From a virus (taxonomy: Duplodnaviria; Caudoviricetes), in IMG/VR virus record IMGVR_UViG_3300031673_000001: a stretch of 64,000 nucleotides of DNA; one strand, given 5' to 3'. Below, piece after piece: positions 1-9,140 of the stretch (positions within the stretch are counted from its first letter, which is position 1; each line of letters begins with the position of its first letter). The notes beneath the pieces are model-generated. The model had not been told where the DNA came from and made no database searches. It was given only the letters and a program-made list of their open reading frames with translations. The position numbers and the translations under genes were made by a program.

Positions 1-18
1 ACATCATATAAAAAATTT

Positions 19-510
19 GTGAAAAATACTGAAATGTTGATTAGACGATGTACTGAATATAAATTATGGACAAGTTATATTAAAGATGTTCTGCAACAAA
101 ACTGCTGTATGATTACAAATGAAACAAATTTTGAAGTAACAGTTGAAGTTCATCATCACATTCCATCAATGTTCGTTCTTGTTTCAGCATTGGTTAACCA
201 GAAAATTGAAGATAATATTGATTTTTGTAGTTTTGACATTGCCTCCGAAGCTATAAAATTACATTTTGAAAATCGAATTGGTTATGTATGTCTGGTTAAA
301 ACTATACATGAGAAATTTCATAATGGATATTTAACAATCCCTCATCAATTTATAAAAGGAAACTATAGATATTTTGTTGATAATTATTCAAGATATCTGG
401 ATGAATTAGATCTTGATGAAATACAGCATAGAATGACAATAGATGAACATAATTGTACTTGGAGTAGGGATGACTATATTGCACAAGCTCAAGGAGGTTC
501 TGCTTCATAA
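19..510 (+). CDS. hypothetical protein
   Basis: 163 aa ORF, stop abuts next start; no motif recognised. Confidence 0.6.
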   Translation: MKNTEMLIRRCTEYKLWTSYIKDVLQQNCCMITNETNFEVTVEVHHHIPSMFVLVSALVNQKIEDNIDFCSFDIASEAIKLHFENRIGYVCLVKTIHEKFHNGYLTIPHQFIKGNYRYFVDNYSRYLDELDLDEIQHRMTIDEHNCTWSRDDYIAQAQGGSAS

Positions 511-911
511 TGGCAATAACCATATATCAAGAAGCTTTAACTAGAGCTAGAACAGCTGTTGATTTTGAAAAACAAAGTGATCGTTTAAAAACAGATAATA
601 ATTATTTTACGTTTCCTGATCCTAATTTAGAAACCCTTGAAAAAAATATCTATTATCTTCTAAAAAATTCTCAACAAGTTCCATTTGATGATTCAAGATA
701 TAAATATAGACCTGACTATGTAAGTTATGACTATTATGGAACTCCAGCTTTAGATAAACTATTAATGTTTGTAAATGGAATAAGAACAATTGAAGAATTT
801 GCTTATTTAACAAATATTATTATTCCTAATTTAAATGCTATTACTTTTGTATTAAAAGATAATTTCGACCCAGATAAAGATATAGAAGATCTGGAGTCCG
901 TGGGGTGGTAA
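510..911 (+). CDS. baseplate wedge protein, T4 gp53-like
   Basis: YKYRPDYVSYDYYGT..L...NGI motif typical of gp53/LysM-like wedge proteins; baseplate context. Confidence 0.65.
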   Translation: MAITIYQEALTRARTAVDFEKQSDRLKTDNNYFTFPDPNLETLEKNIYYLLKNSQQVPFDDSRYKYRPDYVSYDYYGTPALDKLLMFVNGIRTIEEFAYLTNIIIPNLNAITFVLKDNFDPDKDIEDLESVGW

Positions 912-1805
912 ATGGTAATTAAAAGCAATTTTAGATTAGTTAGCAATGTTCCAAACATACTTGAGTTATCTCCCGCTATGATCAACAACTATATGGATGA
1001 AGAAAATAGTCCACGTCATATTTTTGTATTTTTAGAACTAAAGAGAAAAAGCATACCACACTTCACAAATGATACAATATTTAAATTAATAACAAATTTA
1101 AAGCAACGTGAGCAAGTTCAAGTCGTAGATCTAGAACAATATCCTCTTCACGTTTCATATAATGCTCCAACTAAAGGAATGATTATAAATTTAAAACCAT
1201 TTGGTGTGAAAGAGATTTCAAGTTTAAGTCCAAATGATTTATATGCCTGTTTGGTTTATTCATATACATTTTCAAAATTAGTCACAAAGAAATTTAAAAT
1301 ATCTGAATCTTATTCCAAACATATCATTGATTTTCTCCTATCTATGTATGTTCAATTATTCGGAAGAAAATATGGGTTACTAGCAACATATTCATCTGGT
1401 ATTCCAAAATTGAAATTTATAGTTGCCTGTTATGTATATTCTGCCTTTTTTGGTTATAAAAATGGACCACAATTATTTAAAATCGCATCTATAGCAGCTC
1501 CCTATTTGTATAATAATGAAATAGAATTATTAAAAAAATATGACTTTACCAAAATTGATGATTTTGTTCAGGTCTTATCTGATACTAAAGTTATGCCTGG
1601 AATCAATCTAATAAGATTTACAGCAACAATCCATACCTTCATGAAGGTTGAAATGTTGGCAGCATTAGAAGATCTATCAAGATTTTTCTCTGTTATATTA
1701 GCTTCCAATATACCAGGATCCAGAGTGGTTCCTACCTTTATTTCAAAATATAATGAGAGAGCTTATTATAGTATAATAGACATAATGAGGGGATTATTTA
1801 AATAA
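912..1805 (+). CDS. hypothetical protein
   Basis: 297 aa ORF tightly coupled to neighbours. Confidence 0.65.
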   Translation: MVIKSNFRLVSNVPNILELSPAMINNYMDEENSPRHIFVFLELKRKSIPHFTNDTIFKLITNLKQREQVQVVDLEQYPLHVSYNAPTKGMIINLKPFGVKEISSLSPNDLYACLVYSYTFSKLVTKKFKISESYSKHIIDFLLSMYVQLFGRKYGLLATYSSGIPKLKFIVACYVYSAFFGYKNGPQLFKIASIAAPYLYNNEIELLKKYDFTKIDDFVQVLSDTKVMPGINLIRFTATIHTFMKVEMLAALEDLSRFFSVILASNIPGSRVVPTFISKYNERAYYSIIDIMRGLFK

Positions 1806-2902
1806 TGAATACTCAAAAATACTTAAATCAGATACAAGAGAAGCATGGTGTTATTAAATTAGCTTGGAATCCAAATACTGAATCTATTCTTGCTGGATAT
1901 AAAATTCATTATGGTAGATCATCAAGAAAATATGATCAAACCATTGATGTTGGAAATCCTATTAATAAAGAAATAAATCAATGTGAAACAGTTCTTAATT
2001 TAAAACCAGGAGTTAAATATTTTATAGCAGCTACAAGTTATGATTACAATAATAATGAATCCCCATATTCAAGTGAAGTCGTTACATCACTAACTACAGA
2101 TCTTCAAGAAGTTGATATCTACGATCCAATGTTTGCTATAGGACTTGGTGCTATTGTTGCCACAGGATTGATTTTAAAAGACTTGATATTCTTTTTTATA
2201 TTTGTTGCGCAAATAGCAGCTCAAACTAAGGTTGATAAAAAACTTACAGATAAGTTAAACCCAATAATTAAAAATCTTGGGGTTAAAAAAGATTTTCAAG
2301 TTCACGTCGTCCCTCAAAAGCAACCCAATGCATTTACGCCTGGAGGAAAACACGTTTATATTACATCTGGTCTTCTAAAAATTCTGAATGAAAGAGAAAC
2401 TCTTGCAGTTCTTTTACATGAAGTCTATCACGCAATTGATTTACACATTGTTAAAAGAATGGCAACCGAATTTCCACTTTATTATATAGCTGCACCAATA
2501 GCGATTGCTGCGGCAGTTGCGTCAGGACCTTTAGCGCTTATAACTGGACTTTTAGTTTTTACCATAATGATGGCAATTTTAACCCTCCCTTTAAAAATTA
2601 CTCTTGGCAGAAAGCATGAATATGACGCTGACAATTATGCTGTTAAAGCTGATTATGGCAAAGAAATTGCATCTGCATTAAATAAATTAGAACGAGCTTA
2701 TATTAAAGCAACACAAGGTCAAAGTTGTGGAAAAGTTTGCCAGGTTGTTAATCGAATTGAAGAAGCAATGGATGAACATCCAGCTACTCGTGATAGAATT
2801 GAACGTGCATTAAAAAATGCAGAACTTTTGAAAGCAGTTGCAAAAGCAAATATATCAGCTGTCACTATGAAAGTAAAAAGTTTATTTAGTAAAGGAAATT
2901 AA
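1805..2902 (+). CDS. FN3 domain + membrane M48-family Zn metallopeptidase
   Basis: N-term LAWNPNTE..LAGYKIHYG..LKPGVKYFIAATSYD (FN3); hydrophobic segments; HEVYH, HEYDAD, HPATRDRI (M48 motifs). Confidence 0.75.
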   Translation: MNTQKYLNQIQEKHGVIKLAWNPNTESILAGYKIHYGRSSRKYDQTIDVGNPINKEINQCETVLNLKPGVKYFIAATSYDYNNNESPYSSEVVTSLTTDLQEVDIYDPMFAIGLGAIVATGLILKDLIFFFIFVAQIAAQTKVDKKLTDKLNPIIKNLGVKKDFQVHVVPQKQPNAFTPGGKHVYITSGLLKILNERETLAVLLHEVYHAIDLHIVKRMATEFPLYYIAAPIAIAAAVASGPLALITGLLVFTIMMAILTLPLKITLGRKHEYDADNYAVKADYGKEIASALNKLERAYIKATQGQSCGKVCQVVNRIEEAMDEHPATRDRIERALKNAELLKAVAKANISAVTMKVKSLFSKGN

Positions 2903-3865
2903 ATGGACGAAGGTGTTACAAAAAGACTATACGGAAACTATCGTGCCGAGGTTATTGACAATAAAGATACAGAAAAATTTGGCAGGGTTAAAGTGTGGAT
3001 TCCCGATTTAATGCCTGAAGTTTCTAAACAAAAGGGATTGTGGGCAAGACCTGCAAATAATCCAGTTGGAGGTAGAAATACAGAAGGTGATAACGAAAGT
3101 CATTATATGGGCACCTCTTATATTCCAAAAAAAGGTTCATGGGTTTGGATCTTTTTTGAAACAGGTAATATAAATAGACCTTATTATTTTGGAGCTCTTG
3201 ATTTACAAAATACAAAAGTACTACCTGAAAATCAACTTGGAGCAAATTACGAAGATAAATGGACAATATTTAAAAGTCATAAAGGTCGAACTATTATTAT
3301 CTCTGATGATCCTGATGATCAAAGGGTTGAAATAACAGGGCGTAAAAAGAAATTAACTGGAAATCCACCAACTGGGGGAACAGATTCTGTATATGAAATT
3401 GATGCAAACCAGAATACAATCTTATTAGATGAAAGATCAGGAAAAGAAAAAATTCTAATTAGAACTTATAAAGGTGATTTTATTCATATTGACATTGATG
3501 ATCAAAAACTGCAAATGTATTTTAAAAGTGATATTATTATTAAAACAGATGGTTCATTATATTTTGAAGCGAAACAAGATATGAACATTAGAGCAAGAAC
3601 TGGAGACATAAAAATTGAAGCTAGTGGTAAGGATGTTAATATTAAAGCTGCTGCAGATCTCTATTCAACTGCTGGAAATAAAATACAGGAGTTAGCTGGT
3701 AGAGATCATAACGCTCAAGCCCTATATAATATAAATAGACAAGCTGGAATTAATATCAACCATGATGCTGGCACACTTGTTAATGAACAAGCGGGAGATT
3801 CACAACCAGCAGTTCAAGGAACATCACCAACACCAGCAGACCCGAAAGGAGAACGTAATACATAA
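2903..3865 (+). CDS. baseplate central spike, gp5/VgrG-like OB-fold
   Basis: YRAEVIDNKD..KFGRVKV.IP and P.KGSWVWIFFE.G.INRPYYFG of gp5 OB domain; C-terminal beta-helix-like repeats. Confidence 0.8.
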   Translation: MDEGVTKRLYGNYRAEVIDNKDTEKFGRVKVWIPDLMPEVSKQKGLWARPANNPVGGRNTEGDNESHYMGTSYIPKKGSWVWIFFETGNINRPYYFGALDLQNTKVLPENQLGANYEDKWTIFKSHKGRTIIISDDPDDQRVEITGRKKKLTGNPPTGGTDSVYEIDANQNTILLDERSGKEKILIRTYKGDFIHIDIDDQKLQMYFKSDIIIKTDGSLYFEAKQDMNIRARTGDIKIEASGKDVNIKAAADLYSTAGNKIQELAGRDHNAQALYNINRQAGININHDAGTLVNEQAGDSQPAVQGTSPTPADPKGERNT

Positions 3866-4608
3866 TGGCAATACTACCCGTTGAAAGAGCGCTATGTAAT
3901 AAAATGGTTTATGATTTTGATGGAACGATTGCACCAGCTCAAGCTGCCAAAGGTGGAATTAGAGACAAGGCAAATCAAGCACAAGCTCTTTTAAATAATC
4001 TAACCTCATCTTCACAATCAGCAATAAATAGTGCTATATCTGATTTAAGGAGTCAAGTAAATCTTGTAATACCCACTGATACATTAAGCGATATGAGGGC
4101 ATTAAAGGCATTTATTGAGAAGTGTGAATACTTAAGTGGGTTGTCACCAATTGCAGCAATGTTGGGAGCTTTAGATGCAATATACAATAAAATAAATAGT
4201 TTTCTTGATAATATTGGAGCTAGTGTTCCAGAGTTTAATATAGCAAAAATTTTAAGTTTAATTAATGATTTATTGGGAGGAAGGGGACCAAAAATATCAG
4301 ATTTATTAAAGGGTCTAGATAAGTTACTTAACTGTATATCATTATATTGTGGTGGGGAATATCCAGCTCAATTGACAAGTATGACAACTGCACTAGGTCA
4401 AACATATTCCGACTTAAATATAGTAAGTAATCCAGTAGATCCAAATTATGGACTTTTTGACGTTGGTCAATTATATAATAATGCAGGATTATCATTAACA
4501 CAGCGAACACAAATTGATCAAACTACAACAGCAGCAGATGGAGAAAAAAATAGAGCTGAGACGACAATAGCAAGTGCTATTGATATTTATAAGGAGAACT
4601 TACTATGA
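3865..4608 (+). CDS. hypothetical (probable virion/baseplate) protein
   Basis: 247 aa ORF coupled to spike gene; role inferred from context only. Confidence 0.55.
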   Translation: MAILPVERALCNKMVYDFDGTIAPAQAAKGGIRDKANQAQALLNNLTSSSQSAINSAISDLRSQVNLVIPTDTLSDMRALKAFIEKCEYLSGLSPIAAMLGALDAIYNKINSFLDNIGASVPEFNIAKILSLINDLLGGRGPKISDLLKGLDKLLNCISLYCGGEYPAQLTSMTTALGQTYSDLNIVSNPVDPNYGLFDVGQLYNNAGLSLTQRTQIDQTTTAADGEKNRAETTIASAIDIYKENLL

Positions 4609-5168
4609 GCGTCGAGTCTGATAAATTAAGAGAGATGGCCACCAATGCTGCCTCTGAATCTGAAAATTTAGCAGATAGTATATCACAAATTGAAGATACA
4701 AGAGATGAACTTCTCGATCAAATTGCTGCTGTTGAGGATGGAATGTGTGGTGTAGCTGAAACTGATTTAACAACATATTTAACAGATGTTAAACTTGCAG
4801 AATTTCAGCTAACATATCCAACTGCTGTTATAGAATTTGGTGCCACATATGCAAGCATTGATTATGATACAGGAAATTTAACAGATTGGGAAATATATTA
4901 TATGACGATTCCTATACCACCTGCTTTTGCAACAAAAGTTGTATTGTATGCATATGAGGGGACTGGATGGGATAACGATGCTCAAATAATTTCTTGGGTT
5001 AATGATTTTGATTTTGGAAATGACTATTTAACAAGACCTCTTGAATCAGGTGCAACGTATGGACTGATTCCTTATAAAGATAATTTAAATTCAGCAATTA
5101 GCATTTTAACAAACAACAAAGATAAGATTGATGACTCTGTATCATATCTGGAAGATTATGCATCATAA
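4605..5168 (+). CDS. hypothetical (probable virion) protein
   Basis: 187 aa acidic ORF, ATGA overlap. Confidence 0.55.
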   Translation: MSVESDKLREMATNAASESENLADSISQIEDTRDELLDQIAAVEDGMCGVAETDLTTYLTDVKLAEFQLTYPTAVIEFGATYASIDYDTGNLTDWEIYYMTIPIPPAFATKVVLYAYEGTGWDNDAQIISWVNDFDFGNDYLTRPLESGATYGLIPYKDNLNSAISILTNNKDKIDDSVSYLEDYAS

Positions 5169-5176
5169 GGAGAATT

Positions 5177-6223
5177 ATGCCATTTAGTTCAAGGTTAACA
5201 GACATCTGGAGTGGTATCTGTTGTTGTCATGACGATCCAAAGTGTGTTCCAATGAGTGGTCGAGTTTTAACTGGAGCATCCAAAAATAAATCAGGTGGAT
5301 TATCACAAGCAATTCTTACTTCAAAAACACAGGGATGGTGTGGGCATATAGGTCAAATTGTAACAGCAAGTGCCACAGTTAAAACTGGTTCTCGTGGAAA
5401 AGCTAGAATTGGAGATATTGTAACTGGTTGTAATATAGGAATAATGGTTACAGGTATGTCAAAGCATAATGTTGAAACAGGATCGTCAAGTACAATATCA
5501 ACGAAGATAACATTTCAAGATCAAGTTATAGAATTTACAGAAGTTGACTATGGAAATATTGATGATGATGAAGATACAGACGATGGTTTAAATATATTTC
5601 CTCCTGTTGTAGATAGGGTAGCTACACCACAGGAAATTGAAAAATCACAGGAATTAGATGTTTCTCCAACCGTGGAGGTAGCACAGGATTCAACAGCATC
5701 AAATACATCTACTCCAACTGTTACTTGTTCTGACATTGGAGATGTAGCTGATCCTGATTATCAATTGTCAACAAATTTTCAACTAAAAGAGTTATCAACA
5801 GAAGCTATTATCTCACATTATTATATAAAATCACAGCATGGTTTAAGTGTCTCTGACATTGTTTGTAATTTACAAGCATTGACACAATTCATTCTTGAAC
5901 CTCTGGCAACAGCATATGGAAAAGAGAATTTCATTATAACATCAGCATTTAGGCATGGTAGTTCTATTTCACAACATGAAAGGGGTCAAGCTGCTGACAT
6001 TCAATTTCCATTATACACAAATCAAGAAGTTTATGATGTTGCAAACATAATTAAAACTACATTTAATTTTGATCAGTTAATACTTGAATATGGTGGTAAT
6101 CGTCCATGGATCCACTGCTCATTTAAGAGAGAAGGTAATAGAGTAGATGGTGTATCTAATAAATTTGGTACAAGAGTGTCACCAGGAAATTATGTTTGGG
6201 GCACAATTAAATATATGACATAG
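5177..6223 (+). CDS. PAAR-like spike tip fused to peptidase M15A
   Basis: N-term Cys/His-rich PAAR-like repeats (SRLTD, KARIGD); C-term LSTNFQL, ITSAFR, SQHERGQAADI, WIHCS. Confidence 0.75.
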   Translation: MPFSSRLTDIWSGICCCHDDPKCVPMSGRVLTGASKNKSGGLSQAILTSKTQGWCGHIGQIVTASATVKTGSRGKARIGDIVTGCNIGIMVTGMSKHNVETGSSSTISTKITFQDQVIEFTEVDYGNIDDDEDTDDGLNIFPPVVDRVATPQEIEKSQELDVSPTVEVAQDSTASNTSTPTVTCSDIGDVADPDYQLSTNFQLKELSTEAIISHYYIKSQHGLSVSDIVCNLQALTQFILEPLATAYGKENFIITSAFRHGSSISQHERGQAADIQFPLYTNQEVYDVANIIKTTFNFDQLILEYGGNRPWIHCSFKREGNRVDGVSNKFGTRVSPGNYVWGTIKYMT

Positions 6224-6234
6224 GAGACATTACA

Positions 6235-6831
6235 ATGATAGACCCAATTACTAATTACATCTTAGAACAAGATGACCATTACTTAATAGAACAAGAAATT
6301 TTTGATGAAAATACCATGCTTCTTGATGAAGGTGTATTGACAGTAATGAATAAATTCTTTGTTTTATTTGGATTTGGAAGACCAGCTGATCCAAGAGTAA
6401 AAGCAATTTCAAAAGCATACTTTCGTTGTAAAAGTTCTTGTTGGAAGGCATATCCTGATGAAGTAGAAACTACCTCAACAACTCAGAGAAGAAGTAGTGG
6501 AGAACGAGGACAAACTGATGGTCAAATAGATAAAGAAAAACAAGAAACAATTGAAACAGTTAAACGGAATCCAGAACGTGGAAAGTGTTTAATCATGTGT
6601 CTTTATGATAATCTTAAAGAAACAATTGATGTTATAAAGAAAGATAGAAGAACTATATGTGATAAAAACATCAATAAAGATCTCTGTGAAAAATGGATAG
6701 ATAGATATTTACCACAATTAGAAGCTGATTTAAAATCTCTTGAAAATGCAGTTCGTTTAATGAAAGGTGGCAAAGAAGGGGATCAACAAAAAATTAAAGT
6801 TGTTGTAAATACATTAAAGAAAGTATTATAG
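6235..6831 (+). CDS. hypothetical protein
   Basis: 198 aa ORF with GGAG RBS. Confidence 0.6.
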   Translation: MIDPITNYILEQDDHYLIEQEIFDENTMLLDEGVLTVMNKFFVLFGFGRPADPRVKAISKAYFRCKSSCWKAYPDEVETTSTTQRRSSGERGQTDGQIDKEKQETIETVKRNPERGKCLIMCLYDNLKETIDVIKKDRRTICDKNINKDLCEKWIDRYLPQLEADLKSLENAVRLMKGGKEGDQQKIKVVVNTLKKVL

Positions 6832-6902
6832 GATAAATAAAATGATAAATAAAATGATAGATCCAATTACAGAATTTATGTTAAAAGTTGAGGTAAATAA
6901 TC

Positions 6903-7421
6903 ATGAGGATGCCATTTAAAGCAGCATTATTAAATATAAGACGAGGTCCAGTTAAATGGATCATCATTCATCATACAGCAGAAATGTATGAAGCACCTGA
7001 GACAAAAATTGATAATGCTAAATTTCAATATCCTGGTATTATAAATGGTGTCCTAGAAAAAGCTGCTCCAGATATTAACTATCATTATATTATTGAGAAA
7101 ATCAAAGAAGATTATATTCCAATCGTATGCCGTCCTATTTCAAGTCTATGTGAGTGGGATGATATATCTGATGATATAAATAAAAGAGCAGTTCATCTTG
7201 CTATTATGGGTTCATATGACTTCAAAATTCCAGAGAGAAGATTGTATGAAATATTATCCTACCGCTTAATTAGTCCAATGATAAAGATCTATGGACTTAC
7301 TCCAAAACGTGTTAAATTCCACAGAGATGTATCCTCAAATAAAGACTTATCTTGTCCCGGTGAATTTGCTGATGCAGGTAAACTTGAAGCAATAATAAGA
7401 AGATTTATGATAACAAGGTAA
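6903..7421 (+). CDS. N-acetylmuramoyl-L-alanine amidase (Amidase_2-like)
   Basis: IIIHHTA, YHYII, FHRDV..SCPG Zn-amidase motifs. Confidence 0.75.
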   Translation: MRMPFKAALLNIRRGPVKWIIIHHTAEMYEAPETKIDNAKFQYPGIINGVLEKAAPDINYHYIIEKIKEDYIPIVCRPISSLCEWDDISDDINKRAVHLAIMGSYDFKIPERRLYEILSYRLISPMIKIYGLTPKRVKFHRDVSSNKDLSCPGEFADAGKLEAIIRRFMITR

Positions 7422-7440
7422 TATCATTTAAAAAATCCTA

Positions 7441-7455
7441 TCTATATATATTAAT
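7441..7455 (+). promoter_or_regulatory. phage promoter-like motif TCTATATATATTAAT (copy 1 of 4)
   Basis: identical 15-mer also at 9097, 21680, 21848, always intergenic and same orientation. Confidence 0.6.
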
Positions 7456-7536
7456 AATTGAAAAGGAAGATTTATAACTATTTTTTTGATTATTCCGATA
7501 TCATATGAAAGGAGAACTAATTTTTGAATTTCAGTT

Positions 7537-7702
7537 TGCGAAGATAGGACTAGGATATTACGTATAACGTAGTTGATATGGCAGGGATCTTTAAACTATT
7601 AAAATCCCATACCCATTCGATCAATATCCAATATATAATTATAAATGGCGCGAATGTTTTTTATATTAAAGATATCGCTCATTTTATTATCCTATCTTCG
7701 CA
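7537..7702. ncRNA. putative multibranch structured RNA
   Basis: perfect 13-bp closing stem TGCGAAGATAGGA/TCCTATCTTCGCA enclosing nested hairpins; no ORF. Confidence 0.5.
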
Positions 7703-7707
7703 TTTCT

Positions 7708-7826
7708 TGCAGAGTAAGTCCTATAAAGAGAACATTAAAAGGTGAGGTAGATGATCCTTGACTGAATACCTGAGTCATTTCTGTCTCCAGGTACAAGATC
7801 CTATCAAACGTTTCACTTACTCTGCA
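7708..7826. ncRNA. putative structured RNA with H-type pseudoknot
   Basis: 12-bp stem TGCAGAGTAAGT/ACTTACTCTGCA enclosing interleaved TGACT/AGTCA and TACCTG/CAGGTA. Confidence 0.5.
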
Positions 7827-7914
7827 TTCTTTAAAATAGAAATATTTTTTTAAATAAAGAACAAATATATAATGGATATACATATATTGATTATTTTTTT
7901 GAAAGGATATAAAA

Positions 7915-8832
7915 ATGGATGTTGATTTAAAAGACAAAAATATTCTTGTGGTTGGAGATATAATGCTAGATCACTATATAATGGGGGAAGTTGAAAGGAT
8001 ATCTCCTGAAGCTCCGGTTCCAATAGTTCATGTTCAAAAGGAATATTCTACCCTTGGAGGATGTGGTAATACGGTTAGGAATATTAGAGAATTGGGAGCT
8101 AACGTTTATTGTTTATCATCTATTGGGAATGATTTATATGGTAGAGAAATAATAAATCATTTAGACAAAATTAAGGTTATTCCAATTTTAGTTCAAGAAT
8201 CCAAGAGCACAATTGTTAAAGAAAGAGTCATTGCAAGCGAAAGAAAGATTCAAATGATTCGTATTGATAGAGAGATTGTCCATCCTATTAATTCAAAAAT
8301 TCTAATTGAAAAGTTATCAGACTATGAAATTGAATACGATATAATTGTTATTTCAGATTATGCCAAAGGATTAATTACAAAAGAGTTAATGGATTATTTA
8401 CATTCATTAAAAATAACAATTATTGTAGATCCAAAACCCAAAAATTTTAATTTATATAATAACGTTTTTATGATAACTCCCAATGAAAAAGAATGGGAAG
8501 AAATTGTTAAAAATACATTTCCAAAACCCCCCAATTCAACTAATTATACATTATTGACTCAAGGAAGTGGTGGAATGCTCTTGATAAATAATGTTGATAA
8601 AACACGAATTAAGATTTATTCTGAAGCAGTTGAAGTCTATAATGTATCAGGTGCTGGAGATACTGTAATTTCAATAATGACAGTGTGTTTATCTATGGGT
8701 TGGAATCCAATTGATGCTGCTTATATAGCTAACAAGTGTGCGGCATACGTCGTAACTCAATCGACTACAGCAATAGTTCCAAAAGAATTTTTCTTTAAAA
8801 TTGTTAAAGATTATAAAAAGGGAGAATTTTAA
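7915..8832 (+). CDS. rfaE1: D-glycero-beta-D-manno-heptose-7-phosphate kinase (HldE/RfaE kinase domain only)
   Basis: VVGDIMLD.Y..G.VERISPEAPVP, SDYAKG, VDPK, TPNEKE, VSGAGDT; PfkB family. Confidence 0.85.
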   Translation: MDVDLKDKNILVVGDIMLDHYIMGEVERISPEAPVPIVHVQKEYSTLGGCGNTVRNIRELGANVYCLSSIGNDLYGREIINHLDKIKVIPILVQESKSTIVKERVIASERKIQMIRIDREIVHPINSKILIEKLSDYEIEYDIIVISDYAKGLITKELMDYLHSLKITIIVDPKPKNFNLYNNVFMITPNEKEWEEIVKNTFPKPPNSTNYTLLTQGSGGMLLINNVDKTRIKIYSEAVEVYNVSGAGDTVISIMTVCLSMGWNPIDAAYIANKCAAYVVTQSTTAIVPKEFFFKIVKDYKKGEF

Positions 8833-9087
8833 ATGAACACCTCAGACCAATTTCTAAAAAGGTCAAAAAAATTATTTGCAGCATTTCGTGATCTTGATCC
8901 TAAAGATCTTGGAAATAAAACCCTGATTGAATATCATAGGAAAACACATATGCTTTATGCTGGAAATATAAAACGTGACCCACCAAATAAGCAATTTATA
9001 AATAGTATTGTTACATATCACGATCGTTTGGTTGAGGAGATGTTAAAACGAAACTTTAATCACAATACTCCACTAAAGAAAATTTAA
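8833..9087 (+). CDS. small protein, possibly pyrimidine-dimer glycosylase (DenV)-like
   Basis: L..YHR...HDRLVEEMLKRNFNH resembles endonuclease V-like family; weak. Confidence 0.35.
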   Translation: MNTSDQFLKRSKKLFAAFRDLDPKDLGNKTLIEYHRKTHMLYAGNIKRDPPNKQFINSIVTYHDRLVEEMLKRNFNHNTPLKKI

Positions 9088-9096
9088 ACTCATTCG

Positions 9097-9111
9097 TCTA
9101 TATATATTAAT
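9097..9111 (+). promoter_or_regulatory. promoter-like motif TCTATATATATTAAT (copy 2)
   Basis: exact match, 30 nt upstream of ORF 9141. Confidence 0.6.
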
Positions 9112-9140
9112 TACCGAATAGGCAAAACAACTTTAACAAT

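Noticed and set aside
7692-7937. 81-aa minus-strand ORF as a gene
   Set aside because: N-terminal half is low-complexity and overlaps the rfaE1 start; only a 28-codon sub-frame has an RBS and the region is better explained as RNA structure
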